A DNA stretch of 54,116 nucleotides from an uncultured Lachnospiraceae bacterium (GTDB taxonomy: Bacteria; Bacillota; Clostridia; Oscillospirales; CAG-272), in the NCBI GenBank assembly GCA_964416635.1, contig CAYQEY010000002.1, positions 1 through 54,116 on the forward strand, in the 5' to 3' direction. A model generated the notes under the pieces. It ran no database searches and was not told where the DNA came from. It saw nothing but the letters and a program-made list of their open reading frames with translations. Below, piece after piece: positions 19,637 to 28,492 of the stretch. The stretch's first letter is position 1. Each line of letters begins with the position of its first letter. Made by a program: the position numbers and the translations under genes.

Positions 19637-20476
19637 TCAATATTCATAAAATACGGCTCTCTCAAGTCCCGGCGTATTGGGGCTGTGCAGAGATATCATT
19701 CTCTTACCTTCAAGCGTGTAAAACAGCATGGCGTGTCCGCCGTCAAAGTCGAATTGGCTCTTGCCGTGTTTCCACTCTCCGAGGAGCGAATCCGCCTCTG
19801 CTTCAAGCACGAGATATCTTCCCTTATAGAAGCTCGACCATATCATCCTGACCCTGCCGTCCTCATTCCAAAGGAACGGCCCATCGGTAACATAAGTCCC
19901 CTTCCCCGGCTGTGTCTCGCTGACATCGGGATTATCGGATGCGCGGAAGAGCATCTTCGGCTCGCCCGCGGGAGCCGAGAGGTCATCCTTGAGAGGAAGT
20001 GCCCAGATCTCACCGTCCTTCACCTGAAGCCACTCATGGCAAAACACGATGTAAGGCTGTCCGTTCTCGACGAAAAGCGTACCGTCAAGACATTCCCAAT
20101 CCGGCGGAGTTACGGGCTCTTTTGAGAGCGGAACGTAGGTGCCATTCGGCGTGTCGCAAACGAATATCTGTGTTGCACGGCACTTACCCTCAGCCTTACA
20201 GCTTCCGAACAGATAGTATTTGCCCTTGTACTCGTGCATCTCGGCTGCCCAGAAATCTCGGTCTGCCCAAAATCCCGCTTTGCTTCCGTTAAATATTTCA
20301 AACGGTCCTTCAAAATTCTCAAGGTCAAAGGTCTTATAGCAACAAAAAGTGTCCATTGAGGCAATAGACTCACTGATTGTCGCGGTCGTTCCGTACATAT
20401 AGTAGCACCCATTCTTTTTGTCGGTGTAAATAAAAGGATCTCTTATCCTGATGTTTTCTCTTTTTAACACGATCAT
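19637..20476 (-). CDS. Glycoside hydrolase family 43
   Basis: IRDPFIYTDKKNGCYYMYGT N-terminus with the catalytic Asp context; about 279 aa single propeller domain. Confidence 0.75.
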   Translation of the reverse strand: MIVLKRENIRIRDPFIYTDKKNGCYYMYGTTATISESIASMDTFCCYKTFDLENFEGPFEIFNGSKAGFWADRDFWAAEMHEYKGKYYLFGSCKAEGKCRATQIFVCDTPNGTYVPLSKEPVTPPDWECLDGTLFVENGQPYIVFCHEWLQVKDGEIWALPLKDDLSAPAGEPKMLFRASDNPDVSETQPGKGTYVTDGPFLWNEDGRVRMIWSSFYKGRYLVLEAEADSLLGEWKHGKSQFDFDGGHAMLFYTLEGKRMISLHSPNTPGLERAVFYEY

Positions 20477-20491
20477 TCTCCTCTGACTGTA

Positions 20492-21823
20492 TTAAAGTCT
20501 GACCTCTGCCTTTCCGTCTGTGTAGTTTATTCTGTCACCTCTGTCAGAAAGACTGTCCTGATATTTCAGAAATTCTTCCTTGCTTGCAAACTGCGGTTTG
20601 AAATCGGCAATTATCCGACGGGCGCGTTTTGCACCGTCTCCGAGCAAAAGACGAAGCATAGCCAGCTGCCACTGTGCGCTCTTGATACACGCCGACTCGG
20701 GATCGCATATCTCGTAGTCGTTTCCGTGAACGTTTCCGCGCATACCCGGACAATAGGGATGAACCACCGGCATAATGCAGGACAAGTCACCCATATCGGT
20801 GCTGCCCGTGTCGGTGAGGTTCTCGCCGAAATAGAAATTCACATCGGGCACGATCAGCTCTGCCGCCTCCTTTGCAAGACGCATCATTTCAAGATCGTTC
20901 GAAAGCGGCGAATATCCCGGCGTATCTATGATCTCTACGTTAGTACCCAGTGAAAGTGCCGCACCGCAGAGTGCTCTGTTTACTTTTGCGTTATTCTCAA
21001 CGATCGCATCAAAGGTCTTGCCCCGCACGTAGCTTTCAATTGTTACCGTTTCGGGAATGGCATTTACCATATCTCCGCCGTGCGTAATTATGGGGTGCAC
21101 ACGGATGTGATCCTGATCTCGGAAGGTCTCTCGTATCGCATTTATCGCATTGAGACCGCAGGTAGCTGCGTAGAGCGCGTTCCTTCCGTCCTCGGGTGCA
21201 CCGCCTGCGTGAGCCGCAACGCCTTTGTAAACAATACTTTTGGCAACGCAACCGTTGGCGCCGCCGAGCACCGCAAAACCGCCTGCCGTATGCACCATCA
21301 GCGCAATGTCAACGCCGTCAAAATATCCTCTGTGGAGAAACTCGCTTTTTCCGCAAAAATATTTTATATTGCCCTGCTTTTTAAGCTGACTTCTGTATTC
21401 AAGTTCAAGCAGTTCCTCAGCGGGGACTGCGCATAACCTTATCCTGCCCGACAGTTCTCCGAACACCGCCTCATCCTTGAGGGCGGCTGCAATTCCGAGC
21501 ATTGCCGCGCATTGAGCGTTATGACCGCAGGCGTGCACCGCGCCGGTCGCCTTGTCTGCTTCCGGGTGCGCCGGACAAATAATGGAATCGAGTTCCGCAA
21601 GCACAAGTACTTCGGGGCCTTCTCTGCCCGTGTCAAACACCGTGTAAAAACCGGTGATACCGTCAGCCATTATAAGCTCGTATCCGAGTTCTCTGAATTT
21701 TTCTGCCATATAAGCAGAGGTCTTTACTTCCCTGTATCCCGTCTCGGGATTTTTCCAGATATGACGCTCTGCCTCAAGTATCATATCCCTGTGTTTTTCT
21801 ACCGCGCGAATGATATTTTGCAT
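20492..21823 (-). CDS. M20 family amidohydrolase/metallopeptidase (M20D/AbgB-like)
   Basis: HACGHNAQ metal-binding motif, ...PAEE..., and a dimerisation-domain insert; about 443 aa. Confidence 0.75.
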   Translation of the reverse strand: MQNIIRAVEKHRDMILEAERHIWKNPETGYREVKTSAYMAEKFRELGYELIMADGITGFYTVFDTGREGPEVLVLAELDSIICPAHPEADKATGAVHACGHNAQCAAMLGIAAALKDEAVFGELSGRIRLCAVPAEELLELEYRSQLKKQGNIKYFCGKSEFLHRGYFDGVDIALMVHTAGGFAVLGGANGCVAKSIVYKGVAAHAGGAPEDGRNALYAATCGLNAINAIRETFRDQDHIRVHPIITHGGDMVNAIPETVTIESYVRGKTFDAIVENNAKVNRALCGAALSLGTNVEIIDTPGYSPLSNDLEMMRLAKEAAELIVPDVNFYFGENLTDTGSTDMGDLSCIMPVVHPYCPGMRGNVHGNDYEICDPESACIKSAQWQLAMLRLLLGDGAKRARRIIADFKPQFASKEEFLKYQDSLSDRGDRINYTDGKAEVRL

Positions 21824-21852
21824 TCTGCTTCCCCTTTATCTTTTTTGTAAAT

Positions 21853-22758
21853 TTATTCTATCGTCTCAAATATGTCACCGTTTTTCTCCCCGAATCTCAC
21901 CCTGCCTATGACGGTTCGGCGGTCTCCGCTCGGGTGTTTCGGGTCTGTCTGTATATGGAACGACGTGTAAAGCTCTCCGTCCTTTGCCGAAAAGAAGGCA
22001 TTATGTCCCGAACCGAACAGATCCTCTCGGCAAGAAAGAACGGGATTATTGCCGGATTTTACGAATGGTCCCATAGGGCTGTCGGATACCGACACACAGA
22101 TAGCATAGTCGTTGGTCGCATAGCAGTTCGCCGAATAATTCATAATATACTTATCTCCGAGCTTTATTACGCACGGGCCCTCGTTCCAAAGGTGGGGCAC
22201 ATCCATATTTATCGACTTAAGCTCGAAGGGCTCTGTCGGCGTGCTGACGAGCACGTGCTCGCCCACCGTCTCGGTAAGGTCGTCGTTCAGGCTGACGCAA
22301 TAAATCTGGCTGGTCTTGATACCGTTCACGTAATTCTCTGAGCAATCCTTTGAATAGTATAAGAAATTTTCCTCATCGCATCTGAGCACCGAGCCGTCTA
22401 TAGTGGCATATCCGAGATCGAACATCGGTCTTCCGTGAACGTCAACGAAAGGACCCGTGGGACTGTCGGAGACCGCGACACCGATCCTGAGCGACTTAAG
22501 CTCGCGGCTTCTTGCGGTATAGTGCATAATGAACCTACCGTTATAATATACCACCTCAGGCGCCCAAAAATGCGATTCTCCCCAATATTCTATAGCGTTA
22601 AAGCAAGGTATCGCTTCGCTCCAATCCTCCATATCATCGCTCACCCACACGCAAAAGCCGTTGCAGTAATGATCGCAATTCGTGGCGTAGCAATAATATT
22701 TTCCATCATAAAGAAGTATCTGCGGATCCCCTATTTTCGTCATATCAGAGATTACCAT
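21853..22758 (-). CDS. Glycoside hydrolase family 43
   Basis: The start is moved to M32 (MVISDMTKIGDPQILLYDGKYYCYATN). WAPEV and NEGP motifs. Confidence 0.75.
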   Translation of the reverse strand: MVISDMTKIGDPQILLYDGKYYCYATNCDHYCNGFCVWVSDDMEDWSEAIPCFNAIEYWGESHFWAPEVVYYNGRFIMHYTARSRELKSLRIGVAVSDSPTGPFVDVHGRPMFDLGYATIDGSVLRCDEENFLYYSKDCSENYVNGIKTSQIYCVSLNDDLTETVGEHVLVSTPTEPFELKSINMDVPHLWNEGPCVIKLGDKYIMNYSANCYATNDYAICVSVSDSPMGPFVKSGNNPVLSCREDLFGSGHNAFFSAKDGELYTSFHIQTDPKHPSGDRRTVIGRVRFGEKNGDIFETIE

Positions 22759-22882
22759 TTTATCAAACCCCTTATTATTTCTTAAATTTCTTCGGATGTT
22801 TATCGGCATTATCACCTTTAGATTTTTTATCCGTTTCGTACATAGTGTCAATTATATGAGTCGTTGAGATTTTTCTCTCCGG

Positions 22883-23953
22883 TTAAAACCCATTGCGTTC
22901 GTCTAACAGCATCTTGCACCCGTCGCGGCACTCAATTCCGTACATCACGATACCGCTCATATCTCCCGCCAAAGCCACTGCATGATCGCTTCTGCCGCTG
23001 ACGTTCTTTATCTTAATATTATATGTTTCATCCTTCGTGGCGTGGCGCGTACCGTAAAGTCGTTTATCTCCTATCCTGACCGCATAAAGTCCTCTGTCAA
23101 GGTAAGGCGACTCATCCGACGTGTCGTATACACCGTCAATAGTAATGTCATGCAGCTTTACTTCCCCTTGATTAAGGAGGCGAACTATCGTGCAAAAGGC
23201 GGCAGAGCGGATATTTCTCACCGTAATATTGCATATATCCGACGAAAGCCCCTCTACGGAGAAGGTCTGCTCAAGCCTGCCGTTAAGACCTGTAATTGCC
23301 ACCGTGTCATCCTCGGTAAATCCGCTGATGTTTTCGATCACTATATCGTGGCATCCCCGGCGCAGATCAATTCCGTCGGCATTCTTCACCAAAGCTTCGG
23401 AATATCTGCTTCTCACAAGCCCATGATAAATCCTTCCCTCGGGGTCTGTTGCCGTATCATTTGCGCAAAAATCAATATTACCTATATATCCCTCGGAGCA
23501 ATAAATAAAATTCAATGCCCACCAGCGCTGGTTGCGGCAGGATATACCCGAAATTTTAAAGCCCTCCACGTTTGTGAAAAGAATGAGATTGTTTTTCCAG
23601 ATGGGAGGAAAACCGTTCTGCAACTGCGTTTTTTCCGAAAGACCGTTGTACTCTCCGCCGTCTAAGATCGCCTCGCCCCTTCCGATTATCGAAATATTGC
23701 GATCTGTTCCTGCAGGAGTTCTTCCGAGCTCCGCTCCATGATGCTCGTTCACGAAAAGATTGGAAAAACAGCCGTCCGCCATTCGCAAATGGCAACCGTC
23801 CAATATCAAAGTAAAATTACTCGGGATCCTCACGGCTCGCCCGATAATAAAATTTCCTCGGACGGTAGCCGTGCGACTGCCGTCTTTTATTGCCTCTTCA
23901 ATAAGTTCGGTTATGTGCTCCGCGCCATTCGTGAAAAAATCATCGCAATTCAT
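22883..23953 (-). CDS. Right-handed parallel beta-helix protein, GH28-like (pectin-lyase fold)
   Basis: NADGIDLRRGCHDIVIENISGFTEDDTVAI resembles the GH28 NTDGID...GDDC.AI catalytic region. Repetitive beta-helix rungs are present. Confidence 0.6.
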   Translation of the reverse strand: MNCDDFFTNGAEHITELIEEAIKDGSRTATVRGNFIIGRAVRIPSNFTLILDGCHLRMADGCFSNLFVNEHHGAELGRTPAGTDRNISIIGRGEAILDGGEYNGLSEKTQLQNGFPPIWKNNLILFTNVEGFKISGISCRNQRWWALNFIYCSEGYIGNIDFCANDTATDPEGRIYHGLVRSRYSEALVKNADGIDLRRGCHDIVIENISGFTEDDTVAITGLNGRLEQTFSVEGLSSDICNITVRNIRSAAFCTIVRLLNQGEVKLHDITIDGVYDTSDESPYLDRGLYAVRIGDKRLYGTRHATKDETYNIKIKNVSGRSDHAVALAGDMSGIVMYGIECRDGCKMLLDERNGF

Positions 23954-24055
23954 AAGACATTCTCCTTTTTATTCGGCTGTTTTTACATTTTGTGTCCTTG
24001 AGATCAATAACCACGCACTCCACATGGGTCAAGACGACAAAAGGTATATTTTTGA

Positions 24056-24336
24056 TTAAATAAACCCTTCTCCCCAATCATCCCAATTTGGATTTTTCGT
24101 TTCCACAAGCCAATTCTTTTTAGCACGTATCCAACGCTTTAACTGTTTTTCTCGTGCTATTGCATCGTTAATTTCGGAATATTCTTCAAAATAGACGAGC
24201 TTATGCACATGGTATTTTTTGTAAATCCTTCGATTTGCTCGTTTTTGTGCTCATATAAACGACGCCGCAAATCGTTGGTTACGCCAATATACATTACTGC
24301 ATTGCTTTGGTTCGTAAGTATGTAAATGTAATACAT
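24056..24336 (-). pseudogene. GIY-YIG (Uri-type) nuclease family gene disrupted by a 1-nt frameshift in a homopolymer
   Basis: Own translation: MYYIYILTNQSNAVMYIGVTNDLRRRLYEHKNEQIEGFTK, then a frame change at the A6 run (T-run 24215-24220 on the + strand), then YHVHKLVYFEEYSEINDAIAREKQLKRWIRAKKNWLVETKNPNWDDWGEGFI*. One extra A would restore one ORF of about 93 aa. A sequencing error cannot be excluded. Confidence 0.8.
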
Positions 24337-24381
24337 TCATTCTCCTGTTCGCCCGGGATCCCGCCTTCGCGTTGCTCGGCG

Positions 24382-24513
24382 CTTTTTCGTCTGTGTCATC
24401 CTGAGCGTAGTCGAAATCCGAGCGCAGTGAGGATCAAACGGTGCGTAGCATCGTTTGGGATCTCGGACGAAAAAGTTCGATTCCGCTTCGCTCCACTCAG
24501 GATGACACGGACG
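24382..24513. other. Long imperfect hairpin / structured element in the leader of the GIY-YIG gene
   Basis: CGTCTGTGTCATCCTGAG (24388-24405) pairs with CTCAGGATGACACGGACG (24496-24513). Inner pairs are CCGAG/CTCGG and CAAACG/CGTTTG. An alternative 10-bp pairing exists: CTTTTTCGTC (24382-24391) with GACGAAAAAG (24466-24475). Confidence 0.6.
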
Positions 24514-24621
24514 CAAAGCGTTTAAGGGCTTCCGACAATTTTTCGTAATATCTTAAATATGCGCCGATAGAAATTTTGGTTTGAAAGAGCAAAATTTTGA
24601 CTATTCTAAGCCGATTTTGAC

Positions 24622-25977
24622 TCAATTTCTCGTGAGACACACCGCGCACTCCACATGTCCCGTTCTCGGAAACATATCCACGGGTTGCACGTCTCCTACC
24701 GTGTATCCCCTCTCCTTAAAATAGGTGCAATCTCTCGCTAACGTGTCGGGTCCGCAGGAGATGTATACTATTTTCGGCACGCCGAGCTCGGCAAGGCAAT
24801 CTGCAAGCTCGCGCGTGCTTCCTTTGCGCGGCGGGTCTATAATAACTACGTCCGGGCGCACACCTCCTGCCGCGGCAAGTATGACATCCTTATCTCCTGC
24901 ATCGGCGCACACAAAGTCGGCATTCGTGATACAGTTGCGCTCGGCATTTTCTCTCGCGCACTCGACCGCGCTCTCAACTATCTCAATTCCGCAAAGTCTT
25001 CCCGCTTTTTTCGCCATCGAAAGCCCTATAGTACCCGTACCGCAGTAAAGGTCCATCAGGATCTCGCCGCCGCGAAGGTCCGCAAGCTCTGCCGCCTTTG
25101 AATAGAGCAACTCGGCGCCGTCGCGGTTGACCTGATAGAATGAGTCGGGGCTGATAAAAAAGTGCAGTCCGCACAGCTCGTCCTCAATGCCGTCGTTCCC
25201 ACAGAGAATGCGGTATTTATCTCCGAGCACGACATTAGTATTCTCGGCGTTCTCATTTACGGTGACCGAAACGATATCGGGAAAGTTTTCGACGACAGTC
25301 TCCGCAAATTTTTTCTCATTCGGCAATCTGTCGCCGTTTATAACGAGGCACAACATTATCTGAGTGCTTTTCTCTCCGATCCGCAAATAGATATGGCGCA
25401 GAAGTCCTCGTCCGCTCTCTTCGTCGTAGACGCTCCAGCCGTTGCTGTCGGCAAAACGGCACACAAAGCGCAATATTGCACCGAACTTCGGATTTTGTAT
25501 CGCGCAATCCTCGGCGAGCGTGATATTGTGCGTTTTTGCCGCGTAAAATCCGGCATAGATACCGTTCTTCCCCTTTGCCACGGGATACTGCCCTTTATTC
25601 CGATATCCGCACACCCTTCCGGTCGAAATCACGGGCAACACATTCACGTCCGGAAATCCTGCCTTTGCGAACGCAGACTTGACGTAACCTCGTTTGAGTT
25701 CAAGCTCTCTCTCATAGGTAATGTGTCTGTACACGCAACCGCCGCACGAAAGCGATGCCGGACAAAAGCTCTCACTCATTCGGTCTTTTGACGGTCTTAT
25801 GATATCAATGAGCTTTGCGACCGCAAAGCTCTTATTGACCTTTATGACCTTGGCGCGCACTCTGTCTCCGCTGACCGCGCCACGTACAAACACGACCTGT
25901 CCGTCACAGCGCCCCACACCGTTTCCGAGGTTATTGAGATCGGTTATCTCAAGCTCTATCGTCTGATCCTTAGTCAT
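24622..25977 (-). CDS. rlmD: 23S rRNA (uracil-5-)-methyltransferase, RumA/RlmD type (TRAM domain, Fe-S Cys cluster, SAM MTase)
   Basis: TRAM-like N-terminus (IELEITDLNNLGNGVGR), Cys cluster CPASLSCGGCVYRH, SAM motif DLYCGTGTIG, DPPRKG, and a catalytic Cys near YISCGP. The start is at M19, overlapping the upstream stop. Confidence 0.85.
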   Translation of the reverse strand: MTKDQTIELEITDLNNLGNGVGRCDGQVVFVRGAVSGDRVRAKVIKVNKSFAVAKLIDIIRPSKDRMSESFCPASLSCGGCVYRHITYERELELKRGYVKSAFAKAGFPDVNVLPVISTGRVCGYRNKGQYPVAKGKNGIYAGFYAAKTHNITLAEDCAIQNPKFGAILRFVCRFADSNGWSVYDEESGRGLLRHIYLRIGEKSTQIMLCLVINGDRLPNEKKFAETVVENFPDIVSVTVNENAENTNVVLGDKYRILCGNDGIEDELCGLHFFISPDSFYQVNRDGAELLYSKAAELADLRGGEILMDLYCGTGTIGLSMAKKAGRLCGIEIVESAVECARENAERNCITNADFVCADAGDKDVILAAAGGVRPDVVIIDPPRKGSTRELADCLAELGVPKIVYISCGPDTLARDCTYFKERGYTVGDVQPVDMFPRTGHVECAVCLTRN

Positions 25978-26662
25978 AGATATAGTATTCTTTGCCGTTT
26001 TCAAGACAGATACATCCGAGAGGTTCGTCATAAGCCGCGCCGCAATCTATAAATATCGAGCCCTCTCCGTGATATATCTTACCTTTCTCTGCTCCGTATA
26101 TCTCATATGTCGGCTTGTGACCGACAACGAGCGTTACGCCGTCAATGAGAGCGTATTCGGGGTCGACAGATTCATATATAAAGTCCTCCGGCATGTAGTC
26201 CTCTATCGGAGTTTCGGGGTCGTACTCTGCAATTCCCGCGTGAACGAGCAGATATTTTTTGCCCATGAGTTCAACCTCTTCGTAGAGCGACATATCTTCA
26301 AGATATTCGAACACGCCCTCCTTCATGTCGTCGTCAAGTGCCTTAAAGCCCTCCATGGTCTTTGCGCCTCCGTCCCGGAGCCACTCGGTCATCCTTCCGA
26401 GAATTTCGGGGTCGGGCGACGCACCGCCGAGCATTTTGTCAAGCTCCTGCAAAAGCTCAAACGCACGCAGATCGTGGTCTCCCACTATCGGTATCACGTT
26501 ATATCTCATGCTGAGGTCGCACAATAGCTCAATAGGCTCCTCGCCGTAATCGACGATATCCCCGAGAACATACATAACGTCGTCGTCCCCGAATCGTATC
26601 TCCTTGAGGAGTCTTTTGAATTTATCAAAACAACCGTGAAGGTTGGCAACTGCGTAAGTCAT
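25970..26662 (-). CDS. Metallophosphoesterase (PPP/ApaH-like Ser/Thr phosphatase family)
   Basis: VANLHGCFDKF..., VLGDIVDYG, GDHD and VGHKP motifs. The start is moved to M37 (MTYAV) with a GAGGAG SD. Confidence 0.75.
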   Translation of the reverse strand: MTYAVANLHGCFDKFKRLLKEIRFGDDDVMYVLGDIVDYGEEPIELLCDLSMRYNVIPIVGDHDLRAFELLQELDKMLGGASPDPEILGRMTEWLRDGGAKTMEGFKALDDDMKEGVFEYLEDMSLYEEVELMGKKYLLVHAGIAEYDPETPIEDYMPEDFIYESVDPEYALIDGVTLVVGHKPTYEIYGAEKGKIYHGEGSIFIDCGAAYDEPLGCICLENGKEYYIYD

Positions 26663-26682
26663 AATATTATATTCTCCTCTCA

Positions 26683-27462
26683 TTATATTGCTTTGATTCT
26701 GTTGTGGTTTACGATATCGCACTCTATTTCCGGAGAGATATGCGCAACAATTTCGCAAAGCGTTCTGCAAATCGGAAACTCGGTATAAAAATGCCCTGCT
26801 TCGATCAGGTTTATCGGCGTGCCGATAATGTCGGGGGCATCGGTCATTGAATGGTAATCAAGCCTGCCGCTCAGGTAAGTATCCGCGCCGATATCTCTTA
26901 CGACAGATATAAAATCCTTGCCCTCTCCTCCGACCACTGCAACACGCTTTACCTCTCTGCCCGCATCGGACAAAAGCACGAACGGACATCCGAGTGTATC
27001 CTTCACCTTTTTTGCAAATCCGTCGGGGCTCATCGGCAATTCAAGCTCCCCGACGCGACCGATCGGAAGCCCCTCTCCCTCAAAACTCTCAATTCTCTTA
27101 AGCCCGAGCAGTTCTGCAAGAGTATCGTTTACTCCGCCGCTCACCGCATCGAGCCGGGTATGAAACGACATTACCGATATCCCGGCGAGCACAAGCTTTA
27201 TAGACTTTGCCGCGATGGCGTTACTGTCCTCAAGCGCACGCAGACCCTTGAAGATGAACGGATGGTGCGTAAGTATTACGTCGTAACCGCCCTCTATAGC
27301 CATATCGCATACCTCAGCGGTCGCATCAAGAGAGACTATAACTCGTCTGACCTCTCGTCCTCCGTCGGGACAACACATAAGACCGTCGTTATCCCACTCG
27401 CACGACAGCGTGCGAGGTATTCTTTCATTGAGTTTTTCATAAAGCTCGCGAACCGTCATCAT
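26683..27462 (-). CDS. Nif3-like dinuclear metal centre protein (YqfO/GTP cyclohydrolase 1 type 2 homolog)
   Basis: WDNDGL, ILTHHPFIFKG and a C-terminal EAGHFYTEF motif. It is adjacent to trmK, as in many Firmicutes. Confidence 0.85.
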   Translation of the reverse strand: MMTVRELYEKLNERIPRTLSCEWDNDGLMCCPDGGREVRRVIVSLDATAEVCDMAIEGGYDVILTHHPFIFKGLRALEDSNAIAAKSIKLVLAGISVMSFHTRLDAVSGGVNDTLAELLGLKRIESFEGEGLPIGRVGELELPMSPDGFAKKVKDTLGCPFVLLSDAGREVKRVAVVGGEGKDFISVVRDIGADTYLSGRLDYHSMTDAPDIIGTPINLIEAGHFYTEFPICRTLCEIVAHISPEIECDIVNHNRIKAI

Positions 27463-28145
27463 TTTTCCTCCGCTGATATCCGTTCTATTTTCCGTATAAT
27501 ATCTTTTTCATAGGCAATATCGGCACCCGAGACGCTCTTTCCCTTTATGCGTTCCCCGAGCACCTTCTTTGTGCGTTCAAGCAGTACGTATAGCTCAGGG
27601 GTTGGATCAATGAGATTCAGTCTGCCGAACAGAAGTTCAAAATCGCTCTCCTCGTGTACTCTGCCCGTATATTCTGCGCAGATGATATGATATATCTTAT
27701 CCTCGCTGACAAGCCTCTCTCCGACTATTTCAAAGCCTTCAGAGAAAAGATATCCTCTCAGTATTTCAGGATGGGTCATCGGCTGAAGTATCAGTCTGTA
27801 ACGCCTGTTCTTCACACTTGGCTCATTCTCTATTATCCTCGCTATAAGCTCTCCGCCCATTCCGAGAATAAATATATCGTCAACGTCATATTCAAGCACG
27901 CCGCACAGACCGTCTGACTTCTGCGCAACAAACACTTTCTCACAGCCGTAGTCGCGCAGATTTGCCTTCGCGCGCTCAACCGGGCCCTGATTTATATCGG
28001 ATACGACTCCGCCGCGGCTCATCCCGGAAGTGTACAAATATATCGGCAGATATGCGTGATCGGTGCCTATATCGGCGATCCTGACGCCTCTGCGTGCAAA
28101 CGAGGCGGCAGCCTCGAGTCGTTTACTTATCTTTGGTATATTCAT
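27459..28145 (-). CDS. trmK: tRNA (adenine(22)-N(1))-methyltransferase
   Basis: ISKRLEAAASF...IADIGTDHAYLPIYL, ILGMGGELI; the classic TrmK/YqfN pattern upstream of nif3. Confidence 0.85.
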   Translation of the reverse strand: MNIPKISKRLEAAASFARRGVRIADIGTDHAYLPIYLYTSGMSRGGVVSDINQGPVERAKANLRDYGCEKVFVAQKSDGLCGVLEYDVDDIFILGMGGELIARIIENEPSVKNRRYRLILQPMTHPEILRGYLFSEGFEIVGERLVSEDKIYHIICAEYTGRVHEESDFELLFGRLNLIDPTPELYVLLERTKKVLGERIKGKSVSGADIAYEKDIIRKIERISAEEK

Positions 28146-28231
28146 TATTCCGTCCTTATTTCGAAAAGATAAATAATTACGGCAAACACCGCAGGAGCGG
28201 CATAAGCCGTCCCGCGGTATGCATATTTATA

Positions 28232-28435
28232 TTACTTTTCTGCCGCCAGATATGCGTTGATCTTCTCAACGAGCTCGTCAGCATCGGTTCCGTGAACGGC
28301 GCAAGCCTGCTCAATGGATTCGCCCCTTGACGAGGGGCATCCGAGGCAGTGCATTCCGATCTCAAAAAAGAACTGTGCCGTACCGCTGTTGTTATCAAGT
28401 ACGTCTCCGATGATAGAATCCTTGGTTACCTTCAT
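28232..28435 (-). CDS. DUF1858 domain protein (small CxxC redox-type protein)
   Basis: MKVTKDSIIGDVL...FFFEIGMHCLGCPSS; 67 aa. AGGAGG SD before M15 of the tracked ORF. Confidence 0.7.
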   Translation of the reverse strand: MKVTKDSIIGDVLDNNSGTAQFFFEIGMHCLGCPSSRGESIEQACAVHGTDADELVEKINAYLAAEK

Positions 28436-28492
28436 TTCGTTTTCCTCCTGTGTTATTTTTATATACAGTCGGCACAATGTACCGAACCGTTA

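Noticed and set aside
24307-24525. 72-aa ORF on the + strand upstream of the GIY-YIG gene
   Set aside because: It is a translation straight through the long inverted repeat, so its two arms yield mirror-like peptide strings. It has no SD and looks like an annotation artefact of a structured element.
24056-24540. GIY-YIG gene as a homing endonuclease inside a group I intron
   Set aside because: The protein is the short Uri-type (about 93 aa) without a DNA-binding extension. The host context is an intergenic region or gene 3' end, not rRNA, tRNA or a split conserved gene. I cannot recognise group I intron core pairings.
28146-28231. Imperfect GC-rich hairpin (ACCGCGGGACGG.../...CCGCTCCTGCGGT) as a terminator of the DUF1858 gene
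   Set aside because: The stem has several mismatches and the downstream tract is not T-rich. It may still pause transcription, but I cannot support a terminator call.
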